Below, one piece after another: positions 51,563 to 64,000 of a DNA stretch of 64,000 bases. The stretch comes from Candidatus Spongiisociaceae bacterium. GTDB taxonomy: Bacteria; Actinomycetota; Acidimicrobiia; Spongiisociales; Spongiisociaceae. Numbering within the stretch: the first letter of the stretch is position 1; the number at the start of each line of letters is the position of its first letter. The DNA lies in assembly GCA_965262915.1 (NCBI GenBank), contig OZ253564.1, positions 1,440,001 through 1,504,000 on the forward strand, in the 5' to 3' direction. The notes under the pieces are model-generated. The model did not search any database and was not told the origin of the DNA. It saw only the letters and a list, made by a program, of their open reading frames with translations. The position numbers and the translations under genes were made by a program.

Positions 51563-51943
51563 CGCGATAATATAACGAACATCGAAACAGCCGCCCGCAA
51601 GCTGAGGCAGGGCGCGCAGGTGCGGGAAGGTCTCATCGTGGAAGAGGTTGAGGAGTTCGACTACGACCGTAGCCTCGGCACCAACGCCGAGGAGTTGGCC
51701 CTGTCTGTCCAGTTCACGGTCGGTGTGGTTGTGAGGCGTGCTCGGGTGCTTCGTACCCGAGCCCGGTTCGATGAGTGGGCGGCCACTATCCGGGTGGATA
51801 CAGATCCTGAGTTGGTGGACCGTGAACAGTTGCTGACCTGGTTGGACATTGGGGGGCGTCGTATCGGGGTGGGGAATTGGCGGCCGGAGAAGTCAGGCCA
51901 GTTCGGACGGTTCGAGGTCAAAAACATACAAACCATCTCATAG
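51563..51943 (+). pseudogene. Stand-alone RAMP/Cas7-like protein, C-terminal part (5' end replaced by the non-coding repeat)
   Basis: IETAARK...RARVLRTRARFDEW...GGRRIGVGNWRPEKSGQFGRFEV with a terminal Gly-rich loop; the upstream part of the ORF is repeat DNA. Confidence 0.65.
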
Positions 51944-51954
51944 CGAAGACAGAC

Positions 51955-52073
51955 AGCGTGGCGTGGCTTCGCCTGGCAGGGCTGGGCTCGGCGCCGCACC
52001 GCAGAGCGTGGCTCCGCACCGCACCGAAACCGGACAGGGCCGGGGACAGTGACACACCCTGGGAAACCCGGGT
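51955..52073 (+). ncRNA. Putative small RNA: 14 in-phase NGC-NN pentamers + GAAA-loop hairpin
   Basis: agcgt ggcgt ggctt cgcct ggcag ggctg ggctc ggcgc cgcac cgcag agcgt ggctc cgcac cgcac; hairpin accctgg-gaaa-cccgggt at 52056-52073. Transcription is not shown. Confidence 0.55.
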
Positions 52074-52113
52074 TGGCCACACCCCCCGCCCCGTCCGGTC
52101 AACAGCCCTGAAG

Positions 52114-54893
<2,780 letters not shown>

Positions 54894-55099
54894 AAGAACC
54901 CTTTGACATCCCGCCGGCGGTGTCACGGAAGAACAACTCCCCCAAGTCTCAGACACCCCGGCGGCATTCGGCTGTCTAGCAACGTAGAGGCTGACCCAGC
55001 CCCACCGAAAGCTGATAGGCCTCCCAACTCCGACCTAGCAAGACAGGCACAGGCCCCGGCCACCCTTGGCACGTTCAATCCGCCATGTGTGGTTGACTG

Positions 55100-55883
55100 A
55101 TCTCATCCACCAGCATCTGCTAACAGTCCCGTGGGACGTATGGAGCACCGAGGGTGCACGCTGAGCTGAGGTTGGGCTATGGAATCAGGGTCGGGCACAA
55201 CGCGGCGGGGGATGCTCATGAGACGAGCCGGCCTGCAGGCCTGAGCGGGAGCCGAGGCCCCAGACGGCGGCGAATCAGACCGGTGGATACCCCAGCGGAC
55301 CTGGTCGAGAGGAACTTCGTCCGCCATCAGCCGGACCAATTATGGGTGGCCGACGTGACCGAGCATCCAACCCGAGAAGGCAGGTCTACTGCGCGGTCGT
55401 CCTCGACGTGTTCAGCCGCCGCGTCGTCGGCTGGTCTATCGACCACTCCGCCACCGCTGGGCCGCTCACCTCCGCCCTGGGTATGGCTATCCAAAACCGC
55501 CAACCGGGCTCGGAGACGGTGATCCATTCAGACCAGGGCACCCCCTACACCTCCTGGGCGTTCACGGACCGGGCGCAGCAGTCCGGGCTCGTTCCCTCGA
55601 TCGGTGTCAGTTGGGGACTGTTTCGATAACGCGTTGATTGAGTCGTTCTGGGCTCGGATGCAGGTCGAACTGTTGGACCGCCGGCGATGGCGCACCCGTA
55701 TCGAGTTGGCCAACGTGATCTTCGAATACCTCGAGATCTTCCACAACCGGCAACGACGCCACACCGCCCTAGGAATACGTTCCCCGGTCGAATACGAAAG
55801 AATCCACTGGCGCGCCGCTGATCCAAGTGAACTGACTCCACAAAACCCGGTCACCATCAGTCCACGAAAGCGGGGCAACTCCA
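55100..55883 (+). mobile_element. Degenerate IS3-family orfB with right end
   Basis: YGAPRVHAEL, WVADVTEHPT, VIHSDQG, CFDNALIESFW across frameshifts; end ...gcggggcaactcca. Confidence 0.88.
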
Positions 55884-56101
55884 GAACCCTCGGAGGCCGG
55901 CACCCGGCCTGAAGGTTGATGCGAGGCTTCGTCCGGCACGTCCCGACTTCGTTATGCGGGCAAGCCTCGAGAGACTCAAGATCCCGGCTTTGCGGGCAAC
56001 GTTCGACTGGCCTTGCCAAACAGTGGCTGCACTCGAAGCTCGTGGTGGGTCACAGAAGATCGAAGAGGAGCAACGAACTGACGGTTACCCTTCCAGCCGG
56101 T

Positions 56102-58483
56102 ATGACAGAACCCTCTTCCACCCTTGGCTGGCACGGGTACCGGGTGGTTGGTGTCCTGTTCATGGCGGTACCAACCGCGGCCGGCCTTGCATGGTGGTTT
56201 GCCGAGACCCATAGCGGACCTCTACTTCGGGACGCTCTGACCGCTGCCCTAGTGCCTGTCGGATTCATCATCGCGTTCGGATTCGGATATGCGGGAAACA
56301 CGTTCTCCAGACGTCTTGCCCTGTATGGGTACGAAAGGGAGACACACCCGGCGATTCTCGTTCTTCTGTTCTTTGGCCTCGCTGTTGGAACAGTGGCTCT
56401 GATTCTTGTCTATCTGGCGCTCGGAGACAGAGACAACTTGTGCTTGGGTCCCTGTCGTCTCGCCGTCCCGCTTCCATGGATAAACGCGTACTGGCAGCCG
56501 CTACTGGTGGCGCATTCCACGATCGGCCAGTTAGCTACGGCAGGAGTAGGGATGGTGCTTGCGGGGTCAGTTCAGGTGCTCTTCGGTCTACTTCATCCAC
56601 GTCGGCTCGATGTGTACTCGCACAACCTCCTCCTCGGACGCCGCTTCGCTGCCCGGCTCCTTGACAGCTTGGTCCTCTTGGCGTCGACCTTCTGCATGAT
56701 CGAGTATGGCCCCGAGTTGCTCGTCGGCCGCTTCGGGCTGTCATGGACGGCCGCTCGAGTCACTCTCAGCTGTCTGCTCTTGGCGCTGCCCTTCTTATAC
56801 GAGGTCACTCCCCAGTTCGGCTGGAAGTGGTGGCTCGGGTTGCGGCTGGTAGCCCCTCCCGACGGTAGACCGGTCGCTATAGGGCGGTTAGCTGTACGGG
56901 CGCTCGTCACGTCACTTGTGTTCTCTCTCGGTATCGACGCGGCAGTTGTCCTTTGGACCATCGAAGGTTCGTATTTATTCTGGGTCATGGTCGGGCGGAT
57001 GCTGCTCCTGGTCGCTCTGATCCCAGCGGTGGTGCATCCACACGGCCAGGGATTCCATGACGTACTGCTGGGTACCCAAGTCCGCGGCGATCTCGATGGA
57101 GACACGGAACCGGGCCAGTCTTCCGAGTCCGAAGGGCTACGGCTCCGCTCCGCGGATTTCACTGCCGACGAGGACGATCCGTTCGCGAACGACCTACTGG
57201 ACCGTCAACCCCAGGTCGAGTATCTCTCCGCTGTGATCACGGCAACGGATAGCCCACTTGTGGTGATGGTTGACGCGCCGTGGGGTAGCGGCAAAACCGC
57301 ATTCCTAAGGATGTGCGCTGCCCACCTGCGACACCAAGGCGTTACTGTGGCGGAGTTCAACGCCTGGACCGACCAACATACCCAGCAGCCGCTCCTTGAC
57401 ATGGTCGGTGCGCTCTCGGCCCGCCTTCCAAAAGGGGCTGCCACCCGTATCGGGTCGGCTGCCTCGGGCCTGCTCACCCTGCTCACCACCGACCATCCCA
57501 GCCCAAGGATTGATTCGTGGGATGACCACAACCGGGCCGTGAGATCGTTCACCGAATCGTTAGCGGAAGTAGCGGCCGATCGCGGGCGTCTGGTCGTGAT
57601 CGTGGATGAGCTCGACCGTTGCCGACCTGAATACACACTCGGGATACTGGCGGACATCCACCATCTCTTCTCAGTAGACGGGGTCACGGTTCTGCTCGGC
57701 GTTAACCGTCGCCAACTATGTCACGCTGTGCAAGCCGTGTACGGACTCAGCTTCGATGCAGACTCGTATCTTAGGCGATTCGTCGATATCCCTATTAACT
57801 TGCCCTCCCCGAACCGCACAGAACTTGAAGCTTTCCTCGACCATCTGTACGCCGAATCCCGTCTTCACGGCCGGACTTCGCGTGGACTGGCCAAGTGGCC
57901 AGCTACGAGAGCCGTGCTCCGCCTGGTTATCGAGCTCAAGTCGTGTTCATTACGGGATCTGCAGCAGGCTGCCCATATCTACGCTCTAGCGCTGGTCAAG
58001 CGGGTTCCCGATGATCATCCGTACGATGTGTGGCAACTTTCGGTCGCAGCGATGGTCGTGTTGCGCGTCGCGGACCGGGACGCCTACGACCGCTTTGTAG
58101 TTGGCCAATCCGACAGCTTCGAGGCTCTGACCTCCGCTTACGCTGCTCTCGGGCCGGAACCACATCTGAGGCCTACGGACACGCTGCCCCATGGAACCCG
58201 AAGGGATCACTTCGCTGCCGCCTTGATCAACATCGGGTCGCGCGACGACTGGTGCGATACCATCAGCGGTGCTGAAGATGCGTTCGTAGAGCGGTACCGG
58301 CGCGCCCACGCTGCTCTCCCACAATCTATCGAGGGTTCTCCACGGGATTCGACACAGGCTGCCCGCGATGTCCTCAAGATTCTCTGCCATATAAGGAGTT
58401 GCTATCAGCCACTACCTGTCTGGCGCACCTTGGAAGCAGACAGACTGGCCAACTTGATCGACCTCGCTGTCGATCTCCGATGA
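56102..58483 (+). CDS. Multi-TM / RDD-like region fused to a KAP-family P-loop NTPase
   Basis: GRRFAARLLD...QGFHDVLLGT (RDD-like); DAPWGSGKT, FNAW, VIVDELDRCRP, YLRRFVD (KAP). Confidence 0.85.
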   Translation: MTEPSSTLGWHGYRVVGVLFMAVPTAAGLAWWFAETHSGPLLRDALTAALVPVGFIIAFGFGYAGNTFSRRLALYGYERETHPAILVLLFFGLAVGTVALILVYLALGDRDNLCLGPCRLAVPLPWINAYWQPLLVAHSTIGQLATAGVGMVLAGSVQVLFGLLHPRRLDVYSHNLLLGRRFAARLLDSLVLLASTFCMIEYGPELLVGRFGLSWTAARVTLSCLLLALPFLYEVTPQFGWKWWLGLRLVAPPDGRPVAIGRLAVRALVTSLVFSLGIDAAVVLWTIEGSYLFWVMVGRMLLLVALIPAVVHPHGQGFHDVLLGTQVRGDLDGDTEPGQSSESEGLRLRSADFTADEDDPFANDLLDRQPQVEYLSAVITATDSPLVVMVDAPWGSGKTAFLRMCAAHLRHQGVTVAEFNAWTDQHTQQPLLDMVGALSARLPKGAATRIGSAASGLLTLLTTDHPSPRIDSWDDHNRAVRSFTESLAEVAADRGRLVVIVDELDRCRPEYTLGILADIHHLFSVDGVTVLLGVNRRQLCHAVQAVYGLSFDADSYLRRFVDIPINLPSPNRTELEAFLDHLYAESRLHGRTSRGLAKWPATRAVLRLVIELKSCSLRDLQQAAHIYALALVKRVPDDHPYDVWQLSVAAMVVLRVADRDAYDRFVVGQSDSFEALTSAYAALGPEPHLRPTDTLPHGTRRDHFAAALINIGSRDDWCDTISGAEDAFVERYRRAHAALPQSIEGSPRDSTQAARDVLKILCHIRSCYQPLPVWRTLEADRLANLIDLAVDLR

Positions 58484-58790
58484 GCGCTAGAGATTCCACT
58501 GCGGACGTCAGTATCGAGGCTGAGCCTCCTTTCCTCGAGCAGGATGGCATTCAACTTACCCCGAAACATGGTCCGCAAGCGATACTCCGAAAACATGGTC
58601 CGAAGGTCCGAGGACCAGATGGTCGCGGCCTATACGGCCACCCCGGGCTCGGCCGGATACGTATCCATCGAGCATTTCACCGGGTCGGTCGGCGGTAGGT
58701 CGGGCTCGTTCATCCCTCCAGGACCATGGTTTGATCGAAAGAGGCGATGCCGCGCTGACGGTGATGATAGTTCCGGACTCCGGCACCGGT
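58480..58790 (+). pseudogene. DUF3224-like fragment
   Basis: TPGSAGYVSIEHFTGSVGGRSGSF, with frameshifts. Confidence 0.6.
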
Positions 58791-59372
58791 GAGCTGGCTG
58801 GGATCTCGGGCAGCCTCGAGATCGACAACGAGGACGTTGAACACTCCTACGTCCTCGACTTCGAGTATCGATGAGGGAACGCTACCTCGTGATGCCGAGG
58901 GGTATCAACGTCGGTACCCGAAATCGGGTACCGATGGCGGCGCTCAGGTCTGGCTGGCGAGGGTGGGTTGCCCCGACGTGGAAACGGTTCGGGCGAGCGG
59001 GAACGTGATCGTTTCGGCCGAATCACGTCGCCCCAAAGAGGTCGCCAACATCGCTTCGACCGGTCTCGGGGATTGCAGATATCGAACGGATACATGAAGT
59101 GTTTCTGTTAAAGGGTGCTCTCCACTGTGAGTGACTTCAACCCACTCATCCCATGTTTCCACGCGCCGCCCGCAAGTTCCTCTTTGAGCTCTGGATCCAA
59201 GCGAGGGCCACGGTGATCCCAGTTCTTCTGGCCAGAACATGCGTTCGGGGTGGGAGAGTCGTCTGCAAGTTGTTGCTACCCGGTACGAACCCGAACTTGG
59301 TCCCATCCGAATTGCTGTGTGGGATAGAGTGTGGGACTTAAATCCAGGAAACAAGGGTTTAACTGGGATGTT

Positions 59373-59433
59373 ACGCGGTCTTAAACTCCGCTGCCCCTAA
59401 GGGGCGTGTGGGTTCGAATCCCACCCCGGGTAC
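59373..59433 (+). tRNA. 3' two-thirds of a tRNA-Leu(TAA): non-functional remnant, probable att site
   Basis: Anticodon arm gcggt-cttaaac-tccgc, long variable arm gcccc-taa-ggggc, T-arm gtggg-ttcgaat-cccac, acceptor 3' strand; D-arm and 5' strand absent. Confidence 0.8.
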
Positions 59434-59848
59434 TGGGTCTCCGTAACGTCTTGGACAGTTTCTCGACGTTTCAGGATCACTCATAGTCCCTGGTCAGAGG
59501 CTATTTAGTTCGAACCATCACGGACTTCAGGTAGGGTCGGAGAGCCGCACGCTCGTGTAAGCTCACGTTTCTTGATTCCTCGTGATGTTTCCGATAGTTG
59601 CTCTTCTGGGTAATTTCGGTGATCGCCATCACATCAACCCGATCCCCCGACACGAACCACCTCCCCGTGGGCTACCGTCTGCTAAGGGGTTCTGGCAAGA
59701 AGCGGCGGACAATACACTCACGGTGCTGGAAGCTCAGTCAAAGCTCCTATAAGGTCACATCCGCTTCGAGCCAACCCCGCCCCCCCGGACCGGAGGGACA
59801 GGCCGACAGATCCCCAGAAAGGCGCTCACACGCCAAATTTCGATTGGG

Positions 59849-60574
59849 TGGAGTTCCTCCCATGTGCTGGACACTTGGTTCACGCGACCGTGGCTCCTAT
59901 GGTTCGCCCCGGGTGTGCGCCGAGCTACGCCGACAAGGGCTGGTCGTGAACCACAAGCGGGTGGAACGGCTGATGAAACGCCGCCGTGATCGGGAACCAG
60001 CCACCGAACGATGGGAGGACAACTACTACCATCACACACCGGAGTCTGCCTAGATGGCCCGGATCTCGTCCACCAGAGCGGCCTCCGCCATCTGAGCAGG
60101 ACCCGGCTCCCGTCGCTTCTTGTAGGCATAATACGCGGAGGGTGACACCCCCACCACAGAACACACCAGTCTGACGGGGAACCCTTCGACCTTCTGGTCA
60201 TCGACGAAGCGATGGAGCGTCACTCGATCGACTCCCTCACCCAGAAGGACACAGTTCGTCTTAAGAGTTCACGTTCCATCCGCAGCCGAGCGTTCTCCCG
60301 CTCCAACTGCGTAGCCGTTCCCGCTCACCCCGGTTAATCTCATCCTGACGTAGCCAGTTGCCCAAGTCGAGTCACAAATTCCCAACTCCTTGGCAACCTA
60401 GCGGATCGGTTCGCTTGACCTGCGGACGATCTCCACAGCATCTCGTTTGAACTCATCCGAGAACTTCCGTCTCGGTCGTTACCTCCCAACAGGACTCCTT
60501 CCCAGCGCGCACTTCCAACTGTCGGAGACAAAGCACGCTCACTGTGGAAGTATCCGGCCACCGGGGGAACTCCA
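59849..60574. mobile_element. Rearranged IS3-family remnant
   Basis: Ends tggagttcc / ggaactcca; YGSPRVCAELRRQG (plus strand) and orfA RRKFSDEFKRDAV...ERENARLRMERE (minus strand); the left end is also seen at 19246-19272. Confidence 0.75.
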
Positions 60575-61126
60575 GAGCATTTTGGTCGTTCGTGACTGTG
60601 TGACTTATCTAGCGTGCCTCAGGGAAAGGGCACCTCGACAGGTGACTCCGGGGCTCTACTCCGAGCCGCCATACAGAATCGGTCGTCTGGTATTACATCG
60701 ACGTGGACGTCTCTGCCTTCGGGCTGGTGTTCGTGGTCGCTCAGCGGGAACCGACCAGGCACCCTTATCAGGTCTGCTGTCGTGAACCACCAACTATGTT
60801 AGTAACCGGATCCAATCCACTGGGCAACTACCCAACCCATTACTGACCAGCATATGTCCGTACAGCTCCCTCTGGTCCCTCCTCCGTCGTTTGTCACCCG
60901 TCCCTCGACTCGTGCGTTATCATGGGGGCCCGCTGTTTCCGACGGGTTCCGTTATTACCAGACAGCTATCGCACCGCATCTGCCCGTATCTTGCGATGTA
61001 CAGGACGGCCACACGTAGTTCGGTGGTCCACCCAAGTGCCTCTACACCGGTGCGATACGACGTGTCCGCAGTGGCCGTACCAGCAACCTAACTCGGGAGA
61101 ACCGCCCGATGGGGCAATGAGTTCCT

Positions 61127-61742
61127 TTATGCTCTGTTCTCTTTCACTAGCCAGCCAACACACCGGCCCCTCTGGTACACTCCATGTACTAGGTCCGACC
61201 TAGTCTCCTCCACCCGCTTGCCCAAGGTGACTCCGTAGAGGTGCTGGGCAAGAATCTCAATCGCAGCAAGTATTTCGTCAAGGTCTGCTTCAGGCGGATC
61301 ATGTTCATAGCCGATTGCAACAACGGCTCTATTCTGAAAATGGCCGTCTAGAGATCTCCTAGGATCAGATCCAGACAATAGTCTGGCGTCACTTAGGAGT
61401 GAATTCTCTACGTATAGGTCAAGCAATTTCTTGAGCCAGGCGTCCTCCCTCTTTCTGTTATCTCTATATGGACGCGCTAGTTTTAGTTCAAGTGCCCAGT
61501 TTGCTTCTTCTGAACCGGTGATTTCGAATCGCCAGATCAGGATGGCCCATTAGGGCGAAGTGCACCTTAACATCCTGTCCACCAATCCTCGATGTGTTGA
61601 GTTGTGCGGTAATCGTCATACACAAGCGATCTTCTGGTAGTGGACCGATTCCCGGCTTGAACTCACGATGTGTCGGCCGCTCATCGTTGTAGCTCTTCAG
61701 AATATCAGCAATAGCCTCTATTATCTGTCTCAAGTCAATCAC
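61127..61742 (-). pseudogene. Low-GC PD-(D/E)xK restriction-endonuclease-like gene, frameshifted near 61500
   Basis: FKPGIGP...HPDLAI, then WALELKLARPYRDN in another frame. Confidence 0.55.
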
Positions 61743-62439
61743 AGCACCTCCTGATGGGAGCCAAGTATACAGAGGAGTTGATACCCCTTGCCTCGGGGAG
61801 TCAGTTCACTGTGATCAGTTGATGTGACGGTTCTACGGCGAATACATAAGGGATCTATATCTCTCGTGCTCTGAGATGGGCAACGCTTTAGTGGTTGGTT
61901 TCTCACCTGTGTCTGAGCCTCACTGTGCGCCATCCAAACCCACCGACCTGCGCATAATCGGCTCGCAGCGCCTTCTCAGCGCCTGAAAACGAACTGCGTA
62001 TAACAGGGAGAGGGGACGCATTGGTCGTTGGTGACTGTCGAGTTCGCGGGCAGAGTCCCACGATGCAGCACTTCGACCTATGACTCCGGGGCGAGGACTC
62101 TGTATTGTGATCGGCCATGTAGAGCGGGTCCTCTCGTGCGACACGACGCGGACTTCCTCCCTGCCGAGCCGGATGTGAATGGATGACGAGCCGCGACCCG
62201 ACCAAGCGCACGCCTCCGCCCGTCGTCGTGAACCACCAGCGAAGTATTGAATTGGATTCCAATCACTTGTTAACCATCCGTCAGCCGCTGCCGGTATCAG
62301 GCTGCTGCTTCGATCTCGGGGCGCTCCTTCACCGCTTCCAGCGGCGGGTCACTCGTGGCTTTGGCCTGGGACGGCACCGTGTTCGGTGTCTTCCCTCCCT
62401 GTTTCAGACGGAAACGGGGGGGCATAGACCCAGCAGTCC

Positions 62440-62745
62440 GAACTGGCGGTTGGACGATGCTCGGATGAAAGGTGCCGTCCCTCGGCGCTGACCGAGACCA
62501 GCCCGGCTGAGCGCGGGCAAGGTCGGTGGCCACGTCGACGGGATGCCGTGCATCCTCTTTCGCACCATCGGCCGCCGCTCCGGCAAGCCGCATACGGTCT
62601 GCCTTAGCTACCTGCCCGATGGTGACTTGATGGTGGTCGTGGGGTCTTCGGCGGCACCGAGCGTCACCCGGCCTGGTACCACAACCTGCGGGCCAACCCC
62701 GAGGTGACCGTGCGCGACCGGGATCGGGCATTCGCTACGGACTAA
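62440..62745 (+). pseudogene. F420-dependent nitroreductase (DDN-family) remnant
   Basis: TIGRRSGKPH...VVVGS...HPAWYHNLRANPEV across frameshifts. Confidence 0.75.
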
Positions 62746-62767
62746 CCGACGAGGCGCGCACCGCTGA

Positions 62768-63167
<400 letters not shown>

Positions 63168-63968
63168 GTAGGGTCCGGGGCGCCCCTCCTGCTTTTCAGC
63201 TGGTGGGTTTCCCCGGCCCGCCCTCCGAACCGGACGTGCAACTTCGGGTGCATCCGGCTCTCCATGTGTTCATGCCACTGGTGGTTCAGCCTGTGTCTGC
63301 ATCACACGTACCCGCCGCCCAGCCTCTCCGAGGTCAGGCCACGGTGCGCCGGTATTCACCAGCGACCTCCGCGATCAGCAGTTCGGCTACCAACACACTG
63401 GACCCCTTCGCCATGTGACCGGCTTTCCCGGCCTCGGACTACTACGGGTCCTCCGCCCCATCCCACCGGCATCAGCCGGCAACAAGCCTTCCCGCCGACC
63501 GACAAGACGCCGGCCGGTGAGGGCACCGGGGGGATGGTTCCCACGTTCACTTTCCAACCGTTCGACAGGGTCGGCGCCCAGCTATGCCCCTGCAACATCG
63601 CCACGGCTACGCCGCAGGCCCACACCGTGGCCTCCCGGTCGGCGATATCAACCGACCAAAGAGTCACCGCACACAACAATTGCTGTGCGAGTGTGCGCTG
63701 CTACGCGGCCCTGATCCGCCAGGTTCGAGCCGCTGGGTTGTCTTGAGGAGCTTTCAGACGCTGGTTCCTCACGTACGCCTTTCTGTCTTGCTTGCCGGAC
63801 CCGGACCATCTGGCAGTACTGGTCCGTCCCATCGTTGTCAGGGCTGCTTCCCACCCAAACCCCCCGTTCCACAGGGTCCAGGCTGCCCTCAGCTTCACGC
63901 GCACGCTGCAACGAGCACGCAGCGGTGTCCTTTCACCACCGCACGGTTAGAAACGCCTCGTGGCGCTC
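63168..63968 (-). ncRNA. Group II intron, ORF-less (801 nt), inserted in IS3 orfB
   Basis: 5' gagcgccacgaggcg; domain V gagccggatgcacccgaagttgcacgtccggttc; 3' end ...ccccggaccctac; exons read ...WVSDI / [11 protein letters not shown]. Confidence 0.88.
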
Positions 63969-64000
63969 GATATCCGACACCCAGATTCGGTCCGGTCCGC

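Noticed and set aside
51550-51580. Fourth dif-like site (cgcgataatataacg)
   Set aside because: Only a gataa half resembles the consensus; there is no ttatgtaaagc arm.
59350-59433. Intact tRNA gene
   Set aside because: No D-arm or 5' acceptor strand, and a mismatch in the anticodon stem; kept only as a remnant.

Overview
High-GC, actinobacterial-looking accessory region (host assignment is inference from gene content). It is a heavily scarred mobile/defence island with almost no housekeeping genes. Defence and TA content: a GmrSD-like nuclease, a tightly coupled four-gene MTase / MORC-GHKL histidine kinase / receiver / MBL-hydrolase operon, three toxin-antitoxin loci, and a run of single defence-like genes (DUF4062, HEPN-like, PD-(D/E)xK, Abi-like, T5orf172, KAP NTPase). 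Surface and metabolic genes: repeat-rich surface proteins (3x PPC lipoprotein; SLH + 21 RCC1-like repeats) and an acyl-CoA catabolic block. Mobile elements: tyrosine recombinases, Tn3-derived miniature elements, IS3/IS30/IS5/IS256/IS110 copies and scars, a tRNA-Leu 3' remnant (probable att site) and an ORF-less group II intron. Most notable unexplained signals: (1) a 5'-truncated stand-alone RAMP/Cas7-like gene followed directly by 14 in-phase NGC-NN pentamers and a GNRA hairpin (51563-52073), a candidate non-CRISPR guide-RNA system; (2) three dif-like Xer sites, two of them embedded in a modular non-coding repeat family interleaved with the defence genes; (3) the four-gene MTase-kinase-receiver-MBL operon. 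All family calls come from motif recognition by eye, with no database searches.
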